DNA of 64,000 bases from Dendrobates tinctorius (lineage: Eukaryota), in the NCBI RefSeq assembly GCF_039654945.1, contig NW_027361727.1:22630001-22694000 (forward strand). Reading direction: 5' to 3'. The notes beneath the pieces are model-generated. The model was not told the origin of the DNA. It did not search any database and saw nothing but the letters and a program-made list of their open reading frames with translations. Numbering within the stretch: the first letter of the stretch is position 1; the number at the start of each line of letters is the position of its first letter. Below are positions 50,743-62,100 of the stretch, piece after piece. The position numbers and the translations under genes were made by a program.

Positions 50743-51854
50743 CAGGTGCATATCACAAAATAAGGATATCATCAAACAAAAAGTTAATTTATTTCAGTTC
50801 TTCAATACAAAAAGTGACTCTCCTCTATTCTATAGAGTCATTACACACAGAGTGATCTATTCCACGTGTTTATTTCTGTTAATGTTAATGATTATGGCTT
50901 ACAGCCAATGAAAATCACAAAGTCATTATCTCAGTAAATTACAGTAGATTACTTTATAACACCAGCTTGAAAAATGATTTTAAAACCCAAAATGTTGTCC
51001 TCCTGAAATGTATGATCAGTAAATGCACTCAATACTCGGTCGGTGCTCTGTTTGCATCAATTACTGCATCAATGCGGCGTGGCATGGAGGCGATCAGCCT
51101 GTGGCACTGCTGAGGGGTTATGGAAGCCCAGGTTGCTTTGATAGCAGCCTTCAGCTCGTCTGCATTGTTGGGTCTGGTGTCTCTCATCTTCCTCTTGACA
51201 ATGCTCCATAGATTCTCTATCGGGTTAAGGTCAGGCGAGTTTGCAGCCAATCAAGCACAGTGATACTGTTGTGTGTACACCAGATATTGGTACTTTTGTC
51301 AGTGTGGACAGGGGCCAAGTCCTGCTGGAGAATGACATTTCCATCTCCAAAAAGCTTGTCGGCAGAGGGAAGCATGAAGTGCTCTAAAATGTCCTGGTAG
51401 ACAGCTGCGCTGACTTTTGTCTTGATAGAGCACAGTGGACCAACACCAGCAGATGACATGGCTCCCAAACCATCACTGGTTGTGGAGACTTCACACTAGA
51501 CCTCCAGCAGCTTGGATTGTGGCCTCTCCACTCTTCCTCCAGACTCTGGGATCCCTAGTGTGAAGTCTCCACAGTCGGTGATGGTTTGGGGAGCCATGTC
51601 ATCTGCTGGTGTAGGTCCACTGTGTTCTATCAAGACCAAAGTCAGCGCAGCCGTCTGCCGACAAGCCAAGTCCTGCTAGAGAATGACATTTCCATCTCCA
51701 AAAAGCTTGTTAGCAGAGGGAAGCATGAAGTACACTTGGAATAGATCACTCTGTGTGTAATGACTCTATAGAATAGAGGAGAGTCACTTTTTGTATTGAA
51801 GAACTGAAATAAATGCACTTTTTGATGATATCCTAATTTTGTGAGAAGCAGCTG
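50743..51854 (-). mobile_element. Internally deleted and rearranged Tc1-like transposon
   Basis: About 120-bp inverted repeats (TA|CAGGTGC... / ...GCAGCTG); transposase fragments QQDLAPVH, NSPDLNPIENLW and LIASMPRRIDAVI. Confidence 0.88.
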
Positions 51855-52772
51855 AATATATTATATTTAATATGTATATATATATATTTTAAATGATAAT
51901 TACATACATAAATCAAATGTATATCTCTATGTAGCTCTATATAAATAATGATGTAAGTATTTGGCTATTTTGGGATCCCCATCACATATTAAAGGATAAA
52001 AGAGCATCTCTCGGGAGGAACCTAGCGTGTAAATGCATTACACAGACATCCCGCTGCTTTTAATGCACATTATACATTGCTTACTTTCCCTAGTGGTAGC
52101 GCTGCAGGGGAATTAAATACTTGCTGCTCCACTGCAGATTACTACCGATTGCTGGAGATCCTAGCAGCAAGACAGCTCATAATTGAGGGATTCATCTAAA
52201 TGGGCCTATGACATTTATGGACATTCCGTTTTAAATATAAACTTTAGATGGCCTTACTTGTATTGCACATAGCCATTATTCATGATTAAAAGAATCTTCC
52301 AAATAATAAGGCTTCATATCAGTGGTTACTTTGGGGAATGCAGTGAGGCATACGTAATTGACCTGGAAACTTGTGAGAAAGCCTACAGAAGATACTTATG
52401 TGGTCTTATGGCCCCTCCTAAGAGGAACAGCTGGGAGTGTTAACATTACAATTAGGGGCAAGGTCAGCACCAAGCAGAACTGGACGAGTGACCGAGCCTA
52501 TTAGGCTTGGCTGAGCTTTAATAATGTGGGTAAAGCCTCTTCCTCTGCTGTCCCTATGTACCTGGAGCCAGTCCTGACAAAAGTGATACATTGTTACATG
52601 GGAACACTTTTTTTGACTTTGTTGCCTCTTTCTTAACTCCCACTTATATCAGATCTTTGCTTTTCTCCTTTATTGTTTTCGGTGATGAGACAGTGGGTCA
52701 ATAAATATAAAGTCATGGCAAGCCTGACACGACATCATGGCATGAACAGGTAAATCTGATGCTGGGCGACTT

Positions 52773-53080
52773 TCATGGGAGCAAACGGTGCCACATTGCT
52801 ATTTGCCTCCTGGGATTACTTATCATCTCTTGCCAATGACTCTTTCCTGATCCAGTTCGATCTGACCCCAAATAACATGACCCAAGAGCTTGACTTGGTC
52901 CCCCGGAAGGCTCCTGACTGAGCATCCCCACCTCCACGCTGACTTCTCCCAGGAGTTCTGGTGGCACCTCGAACATGATCATCTCATTCCAGACCGGGTT
53001 GATTTTGTGCTTTGCCCTTTTGCTTTGTTTCCTCTTGAGCCTTTGTGTCTGATGCCACAGAGTGACCTTGACGAGCAGAT
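52773..53080 (-). CDS. SYT13: Synaptotagmin-13 last coding exon (end of the C2B domain)
   Basis: ttgatag|ATCTGCTC acceptor; KRAKHKINPVWNEMIMFE...HWQEMISNPRRQIAMWH matches SYT13; convergent with PRDM11, as in mammals. Confidence 0.92.
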
Positions 53081-53282
53081 CTATCAAGAGAGAAAAAAAG
53101 GTCACGATCGGGATCCTATGCACACACATTAGTTCCTAGGCAGGAAACCCCTCAAATTTACCATATGGATGGTGGAAAGTTCCTGTACAGAGGTTCTCCA
53201 GGAAAAAAAGAAAACTGATATATGAAAAAATACAATGATAAATTATTTTATTTATTGATGCTCATCTTGTCTGGGGAGCAAT

Positions 53283-53455
53283 CAGGGTTGGACTGGCCCA
53301 CCAGAGAACTGGAGAATTCTCCGGTGGGCCCTACTCCTTCAGGAGAGTTCATAGTGCAAATCTTGCAGCTGCTATGGGGCTCTTGTGTGGGGGACAAAGG
53401 TGGGCCCTCAGAATCATGTCCTCTGGTGGGCCCAATGGTCTTCAGTCTGACACTG
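53283..53455. mobile_element. hAT-type MITE (173 bp)
   Basis: 8-bp TSD GGAGCAAT (53275-53282 and 53456-53463); imperfect TIRs CAGGGTTGGACTG / CAGTCTGACACTG. Confidence 0.85.
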
Positions 53456-53807
53456 GGAGCAATTATAAGGTTTTTCACAATATCTACCTTCTCGTTACTG
53501 GATACAAAACCCTAAGCACACGACTGTTGCGTGAGTAGAGAAAACTTTCCTGCCTATATAATTTATAACCAGAGCTTTCCTATACAGACAAATAATTATA
53601 GCAATCAACATAGGGGCTAAAAATGGAACGGGAGCGAGTCTGGACCATCCTGAGTTTTGCTTTGGGGCCTCCGATTTCTGTGTTTGCAGTTCACTTGGGG
53701 CTTTATTACATTTGGCACTTTAGTTTGTTTGGTGTTTGCTTTGTGACTTGTAGAACTGTATAACGAAGGTACACACAGAAGAAATGTGCCAAGTCCATCA
53801 CACCAGT

Positions 53808-54461
53808 TGTCAGGAACCCCGCACTACACTTGCTCACTGAGCCAGTGCATGTGTCCTGAGTACAAAAACGATGCTCAAAGATACCTGTGGAGCGGGGCAG
53901 CAGCGGTGAAGATGCGTGCTTCAGACTAACAGGGCCTGAAGCACGTGACTGCTGGGGGCGTGGCCTAAGCTCCATAGAGCTAGGAGCTGAAGGAAAACTC
54001 CTAGAAAGCTAACTGCGGGACAAGTTACCAAGGGGCATGGGCAGAGACGTAAACCAGATTAAGCCGGGGTCAAAGCACGAGATAGCAGGACAGTACCAAA
54101 GGGTTAGACAGAATGGATAGTCAGGACGTAGCAATAGATCAGAAAACCAGAACGGGCAATAGACGGTACAATAGGGACAAACTGTAACGGAATAACGATA
54201 GCCAAGCCAGGAGGTCAGAACCGGAGAAGACAATAGTACCAAAACGTGAGACGGAGGGGACAGACCGGGTCATACACGGGAATCAAACAAGCAATGCAGT
54301 ATACAAGCACACCAGGGGTCAGACACACAGCCAGAATAACAGTATAGCTGACAGGGAATCCTAGTCTGGAGTGAGTATAAATACCCCTCCCAGATCCAAA
54401 GAGAGGCCGGCAAAAGTTAACCCTGTGAGAACAGGACATTAACCATTTCCTAACCATGACA
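53808..54461 (-). mobile_element. Solo LTR (654 bp)
   Basis: TGTCA...TGACA termini; 5-bp TSD CCAGT at 53803-53807 and 54462-54466; TATTTATA on the minus strand near 54380. Confidence 0.8.
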
Positions 54462-56264
54462 CCAGTTACTTGTAGAAATGAGATACAACTTCCAGTGGAT
54501 GAAGAGCATATCACCGTATCCCCAAAATTTAGTAAAACTCTGTCGTCAAACACAGGACTGATTATATTTACATTAATTAGCTAAGAACCCGTGTGTCCAT
54601 CAGACGACCCGGACACATTTGTATCCTCTGGAAGGAGACAATAAAAGTTCTTATTGGGTGATGGCAATCAAAGATCTACAAAACAAACAGAAATTGATGC
54701 AGCAAGAACATTGAAAAACTGTAACTTTTAGTATCCAAAAACTTAGATTCGATTTATATTCGCTGAAACATGGCAACTCAAAACCCATTCAAACAATAAA
54801 ATATACACCACACAGTTGATTGGCAGAAATGGCCGTGACATTTATTTGGGGTTAAATAATTTAATCTATAAAACCATAAATACGTTAGCTCATAGAATTT
54901 TACCAGTACTCCAAGTGATAACCAATCCACCCAAGATCCTGGGCGATTTACCCAAAAGTCGGGACTCGCAGAGTCATGGCCCCCCCCACAAAAACACAGC
55001 CATTTTTCCACAATCGACTGAAGGTCTAAGTTAATATATATCCAGGCCTATATCTGATAAATGGATAAGGTCGTTCCTGTACAGATCGGGCAAAAAACCC
55101 TTCATGACGAAAGGAAAAACCACCCAAAAGTGGGAAAAATTTACCCATACTCCTATTTACCCTCTTTCGAATCTTTTCAAAAAAATAAATTATTGCACCT
55201 TAACCAGACCAGTCTGGGAATCATCTCAGAAAATGCAAAACAGGTATTTGGAAAAGATTGTTTGAGACCTGTAAGATCGGATCTTAAGATGGCTAAAAAA
55301 AATCCAACGTCTTGAACTTTCCGATATCATTCCCAGCCAAATGCAAAATAACTAGATCTGGATAAGGGAAACAAACAACACATTTAATATATTCTCTTAC
55401 AAAGTTCACCCATCTCATCCCCCTAACGCTATGCCAATAGATTTGTATGACATCCGGATTAAAAGAAATGTTTTCAGTATAGGATCGTTGCCTAGCTCTC
55501 TTCTGAGCCCAATGCACAAACGAATGGCCAATGATCCATATCATTTAAGGACCTGAAAACAAATAAACAATTAATATTCATATAAATCATGTCTGACATA
55601 TAACCAAAACCTCCCAGACTCCCACCTTCCTAATTGCATAATGTCAGAGCTACAAAGACCAGACCTGGCTGCCTCTGTGGCAGCACCAATCCTAAAAGAG
55701 TGCGATGTTATTTTAAGGTGTTCTTTGCCCAAAAAGGAAAGGCGATTTTTTTTTTTAGAATACAATTGTACTGAGAAATCGTAGCAGGAGAGCTCTCTTT
55801 GTGAATAAACAAAGGGCCTGAGACATTGGGTCTTTTAACGAGACGTTTTTTGATGTTAGCCACTGGACAGATCACAGGGTCAGGTAAGGATTCTAGTTTC
55901 AGTCTATAACCTCTACCTAGTTGGTCGGTTTTTGAACGTCTTCTAAATAAGAAAAGACAGGAATCCTGTAACGAAATATCTGAAATCATCAACCCAGAAG
56001 GATCCGATTTTTTTAGACGAGACTAGTTCACCTATACGAAGAGCCCCAAAAAACGCTGAAGAAAACAAGGACGCCTCATCCAAGTTCCAGCAAATTTTAT
56101 TTAGGGATAAACAAAAATCCTTCAAGAGGGAAAGAGATATTGGTCTTCTAGAATCGGGTTTAAACTTATCCTTTCTAAACCCTTTCAAAAACTGTTTAAT
56201 TGGAAAAAGCCCTGTCAAAGGGGGTTTACCAAATAATTTTAGAAAGAAGGATACCCCAGAAAAA

Positions 56265-56319
56265 TCTAATATATAAAGCTCAAAGTATGTGTGTATGTAT
56301 GTATGTGTGTATTTATGTA

Positions 56320-56368
<49 letters not shown>

Positions 56369-57686
56369 CCGGGATAGGCATCCGCACCGTCGCAGCTACA
56401 GCCACAAAATTTGGCACAGTCACACGTCTGGACCCCGAGAGCGTCCTAAGCTATGTTGTGAGGCGAAATTTTAACCCCGCACATTCCAATTCACCAAACA
56501 ATTTTGCCCCTATCTACATACTGGGGGAAAAAGTGTGTGCACGTCAAGCCCCGCCCCTCATTATGATGTCATAATGTCCCTATTTGCATACTGGGGAAGC
56601 AGTGTGTGCGTATCAAGCCCCGCCCCTCATTATGATGTAACAATGGTTGCCATGGCGAAGCTGATGTCATCATAGGTTGCAAGCCCTGCCGCCGCTCATT
56701 ATGATGTCATAATGGTTGACTATGGAATAGAGGATGTGTGATGGGTATATGGGCACTCAACTATGGGATGGAGGATATGTATGATGGGTATATGGGCACC
56801 AGACTATGGGATAGAGGATATGTATGATGGGTATATGGGAACGGGACTATGGGATGGAGGATGTGTGATGGGTATATGGGCACAGGACTATGGGATGGAG
56901 GATGTGTGATGGGTATATGGGCACAGGACTATGGGATGGAGGATATGTATAATGGGTATATGGGCACGGGACTATGGGATGGAGGATGTGTGATGGGTAT
57001 ATGGGCACGGGACTATGAGATAGCGGATATGTATGATGGGTATATGGGCACGGGACTATGGGATGGAGGATATGTATGATGGGTATATGGGCACGGGACT
57101 ATGAGATGAAGGATGTGTGATGGGTATATGGGCACTCGACTATGGGATGGAGGATATGTATGATGGGTATATGGGCACAGGACTATGAGATGAAGGATGT
57201 GTGATGGGTATATGGGCACTCGACTATGGGATGGTGAATATGTATGATGGGTATATGGGCACGGGACTATGGGATGGAGAATATGTATGATGGGTATATG
57301 GGCATGGGACTATGGGATGGAGAATATGTATGATGGGTATATGGGCACTTGACTATGGGATGGAGGATGTATGATGGGTATATGGGCACGGGACTATGGG
57401 ATGGAGGATATGTATGATGGGTATATGGGCATGGGACTATGAGATGGAGAATATGTATGATGGGTATATGGACATGGGACTATGGGATGGAGGATGTGTG
57501 ATGGGTATATGGGCACTCGACTATGGGATGGAGGATATGTATGATGGGTATATGGGCACGGGCCTATGGGATCGTGGATATGTATGATGGGTATATGGGT
57601 ACGGGACTATGGGATGGAGGATAATTATAATTTTCTATAACCACAGTTAGTTACTATGCCCGGGCAGCGCCGGGCTCTTCAGCTAG
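56265..57686 (+). mobile_element. Non-autonomous Helitron-like element inserted in the YR gene
   Basis: A|TC start, CTAG|T end, hairpin CCCGG..CCGGG near 57659-57674; removing it restores the YR frame (SKY|FSGVSFF). Confidence 0.85.
56718..57622. repeat. 41/43-bp minisatellite inside the Helitron, about 21 units; (TG)n tract near 56290-56365
   Basis: Unit GGACTATGGGATGGAGGAT(AT)GT(A/G)TGATGGGTATATGGGCAC(G/A). Confidence 0.9.
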
Positions 57687-59138
57687 TACTTAGATAAAAC
57701 TGAATAAGAAAGACCCTTATTGACTAGATGTTCTGCAAATTTCAAACCCGAAACTGGACTACAGTCAAAACTGAACATGTTACAAAAATTAGACCAATAG
57801 TGCCATGCAGCCCATGTTCTATTTGATAAGGAATGTTCAATAAAATGAGGTATTAAATCGACAGTACATCCCAAATCGAGGGAGGGCAGGGTGTTGCGTC
57901 CATGTCCGCGTCGGGAACCTGTTGGCGAAAAATTGCCCACTGACGAAGGCAAAGGGAATTAGAAATCATGGCCTTGTCGCTTGTAGCTAAATAAGCCTTA
58001 AGCCAAATGTTAAATTTCAATCAGAGTAATACCAGCTGTCTCAAGATTTTAGCGGCCCACACGTTTTTTTTGAAGAGAGTGTATTAATAGAGAAAATAAC
58101 ACATTTATCAGCTGAAAGGATAATTATTCTGGAGTTCATCATTAGGAAACCCCATAAAGAAATGCCCAAGAAAATAGAAAAAAGCTCCAAGACCATCGGG
58201 TTCTTGGTTACCTCTTGCTTAAAACCCAGTTTAAAGGCTACCTTTGAACAGTCCAATGTGAGGAAAACAAAATTCCACAACCATAAGAGCTGTCAAAGGA
58301 AACAGAGAACGGAAAAAAATCAGCAAGACACAAACTGGGATTGCCAATAAGATCTGCCATTGAACTCAAAAAGGAAAGAAAGCCAAATTTTAGCATCTTC
58401 CTTCAAATCCGAGAAGATTCTAATGTGAGAGGTGTCATGATCTCAGTGCGGGTTTGACTCGCACACGTGGGGTTAATGTCTGGAACCAGTGCTGATGACT
58501 GGCATTTCTGGGGTTAAAGGTTGTGATCCCGGTGCAGGCTTACCTGCACACCTGGGGCTTATGATTGTGGCCTCTCCCTGGTTCTGGGAAAGGCTTCTTA
58601 TAGCCTCTGGACGCTCCCATCCCCGTCAGTTATACTTTCGCCCTTGGCATTGTGTGGTGACCCCTGAGTGTGTTTGTGCTGTGTTCTTGTTTATCTGATA
58701 CTCTGTGTATGACTCGGCCTGTTCTCTGGATACTGCTTGTTGGATTCTGCTTGGTACCTTCTATGTCTGTTTGGTTTTGATCTCTGCTTGGCCCCGAATC
58801 TCCGTTCTGCCTCATCCCTGGTACTTACTGTTATCTCTGTGTATGACCCGGTTTGTCTGACTTTGAGAATTCCTGTATTAGTGTTCTGCCTATCTCTGAC
58901 AGCAGGATGCTAAGCCCCACCCCTTGTGGTCATATGACCATAGGTCCTTCACTGCTCACTGTCTTTAGCTTCTCCAGGTCCTGTTTGCTTGAACTATCCG
59001 GCCGTGTCTGACCCCGGGCCCCTCTGCAGTGTGGGTGAGTCCTTGCTCAGTGATGGCTGCACGCCGACCTTAACAGGACCGTGACATTATAACTGACCGT
59101 TAAGTTTTTTGGGGTTTTTTTTCTCTCTGCTGAGAAAT

Positions 59139-62100
59139 ATGGATCCCATACAGTCTCTGGCTGACCAGATGAAAAGTCTGAGTCAGATATTTCAGGGTTT
59201 ATCTCTGGAGCAGCAAGCTCTGGCTCGTTCTCAGCAGCAGGTTTCTGAGACAGTGCGGGGAGCTCTAGCTGCTGGGTCTCTGGGGGCTGGTGCGAGTGAT
59301 GTTGTTTTGGTGTCCCCAGAACCACCTGTTAAACTGCCTGATTTCTTTTCTGGGAACAAAAAGGAGTTCAGGGTCTTCATGGAGGGGTTGCAAACTCTTC
59401 TTTGGTTTGAGGCCACGTTCCTCTGGGGACGAAAGTCAGAAGGTTGGGGTCATTATGTCTTTATTAAGAGGGTCTCCACCAGCTTGGGCTTTCTCCCTTC
59501 CTCCCACTGCCCCTGAGAGACTGTCTGTGAATGCGTTTTTTGAGGCCCTCGGGCACATATATGATGAGCCGCACCGAGTGTGATTGGCAGAGGACATGGT
59601 GAGTGAGTGTCTGTCAGGGGAAACTCTCGGCTGAGTGGTTTTGTACTGAATTCCGCCGCTGGGCCACAGAGGTCTCTTGGGACGACGACGCACTTCGAGG
59701 ACTCTTTCGCAGAGGCTTGTCCGAGCGGTTACAGGATGCCTTGGCGTTACATCCCCCACCTAACTCACTCGATGACGCCATGACCCAGGCCATCCTGATG
59801 GACCGCAGGCTGCGGGCTAGGGGGGGTGATGCAGGCGGAGACTCCATTGTTCCCTAGTGGAAAAGAGACTCTTTCTGTGCCCATGGACATAGGGGCTCTC
59901 TCCCTGAAGGAAAAGGAGAGACAACGCCGGAGAGAAAAGCAGTTATGCTTCTACTGTGGTAAAACAGGACATTGGAAAAGGGAGTGTCCTGATTGTCCAT
60001 CCTCAACCCGGTCGACGGGAAACGACTAGGTCTGGGTAGTCAGCGGGGAGACTACTCAGACCCTCAGGTACCCTTTTCCTCATTTTCTAAGGTGTTGCTT
60101 CATGTGGAACTGTTAGTGGACGGTTGTTTTTTTCCCTCTACAGCTTTCGTGGACTGCGGATCATCCATCAATCTTATTGACTCTCAATTGGTCACACGCT
60201 GTAAGATAGGGACAGTTAGACTTAAGGTTCCGATCAAAGTGGTGGCCATTGACTCCTCCCCCCTCACTAAAGAGGGAATTCTCTTTATGTCTGACTTGTT
60301 TTCGCTCAAAGTGGACGCTACCCATGTGGAAAACTTAAGTTGTTTGGTTCTGGACAATCTACCTGCAGGATTGGTGTTGGGCATGCCCTGGTTACAACGC
60401 CATAACCCAGTCATTAACTGGAAAACGGGGGAGATTGTTCAGTGGGGGTTTAATGATTCGATGTTATGTGATAAGTCTGCACTATTGGTTGAACCTGTTA
60501 AATCTATATCTGTGTCATCTATTGAGCTGGAAGAATTCGAAGATGTATTCTCTGACAGAGAGGCTGAGACGTTGCTGCCACATAGACCCTTTGACTACGC
60601 TATCGAGTTAGTCCCGAGGGCTAAATTGCCTAAAGCCCGTCTGTTTAATTTGTCTGGCCCTGAGCACTTGGCCATGAAAGATTACATTGCTGAGACTCTT
60701 CGCAAAGGACATATACTTCCCTCAGTCTCACCTGTGGTGGCAGGGTTTTTTTTTGTAAAGAAAAAAGATGGCGGTTTACGTCCCTGCCTCGATTTTCGTG
60801 AGCTCAACAAGATTACTGTATGAAATACGTACCCCCTTCCGTTGATTTCCGATTTGTGTAACCAACTTTCAGGGGCAAAATGGTTCTCCAAAATGGATCT
60901 TCGGCGGGCATATAATTTGATAAGGGTCCGGGAGGGGGATGAATGGAAAACCGCGTTCCTCACGATCGAGGGACTGTTTGAAAATTTAGTCATGCCGTTT
61001 GGTCTTACCAATGCCCCAGCCATATTTCAGAATTTTATCAACGTGGTATTCTCGGATCTCATTGGTCGTTTTGTTGTCATTTACTTAGACGATATTCTGA
61101 TATACTCTCCCGACAGTCAATCTCATCTGAATCATGTACGAACCGTTCTCTAAAGACTGAGGGAAAATCATCTGTATGCCAAATTGGAGAAATGTGTGTT
61201 TTTTGTTCAAGAATTGTCTTTTTAGGGATTAATTGTGTCCTGTGAGGGTTTTCGCATGGACCCCAAGAAGGTGCAGGCCATTGCGGATTGGGTGCAACCC
61301 CGAGACCTTAAGGGTCTTCAGCGCTTCTTGGGGTTCGCCAATTATTACCGCAAATTTATTCGGGGGTTTTCACAGGTGGTCAAACCACTCACAGATCTTA
61401 GGGTGGTTTCACATTAGCGCTTTTTAAGCGCACGCACGGCCGGGGGTAGTTCCGCCCCTGAGCCGGCTCTCTGCCCGGCGTGCCCGCCCCTTGCTTGTAG
61501 CGCCGCCTCCTAGCGCACAGCGGCGCCTGCGATTGGTGCACCCAATCTTTAGCATAGGGTGCGCAGATCGTGCGCAGGCCGTGCGCTAGTTGCGCTTTAA
61601 CCTGCGCTGCGCACTTTTGACGGTGCGCCGTGCGCGCCAAAATCAAACTTTTCGGATTTTGGCGCGCACGGCGCACCGTCAAAAGTGCGCAGCACAGGTC
61701 AAAGCGCAACTAGCGCACGGCCTGCGCACGATCTGCGCACCCTATGCTAAAGATAGGGTGCGCTGATCGCAGGCGCCGCTGTGCACTAGGAGGAGGCGCT
61801 ACAAGCAAGGGGCGGGCACGCCGGGCAGAGAGCCGGCTCGGGGGCGGAGCTACCCCCGGCCGTGCGTGCGCTTAAAAAGCGCTAATGTGAAACCACCCTT
61901 ACATGTAAAGGTGCGGATGTGAGAAACTGGTCCTCGCTCGCAAAAGAGGCCTTTGCGACCCTGAAAAGAAGCTTTATGTCTGCTCCCGTGTTAGTACAGC
62001 CAGATCCGTCCAAACCATTCGTCGTGGAAGTGGACGCCTCTGAGGTGGGGGTGGGGGTGGTGTTGTCCCAAGGGCCTGCCACTCTAACCAACCTCAGGCC

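Larger units (their letters stand above)
54800..58432 (-). mobile_element. Decayed Ngaro/DIRS-type tyrosine-recombinase retrotransposon, 3' part (RNase H, YR, SGNH-like hydrolase)
   Basis: RH-like LELFSIFLGISLWG (about 58050-58430); YR FFGALRIGEL, RRSKTDQLGRG, HSFRIGAAT and LGRWES (55571-57860); hydrolase WIIGHSFVHWA, HLAGND and DLIHLSDIG (about 55030-55544). Left boundary approximate. Confidence 0.82.

Noticed and set aside
53808-59086. Pairing the 654-bp solo LTR with the 654-bp gypsy 5' LTR as one element
   Set aside because: The sequences do not align beyond the termini, orientations differ, and the solo LTR has its own TSD.
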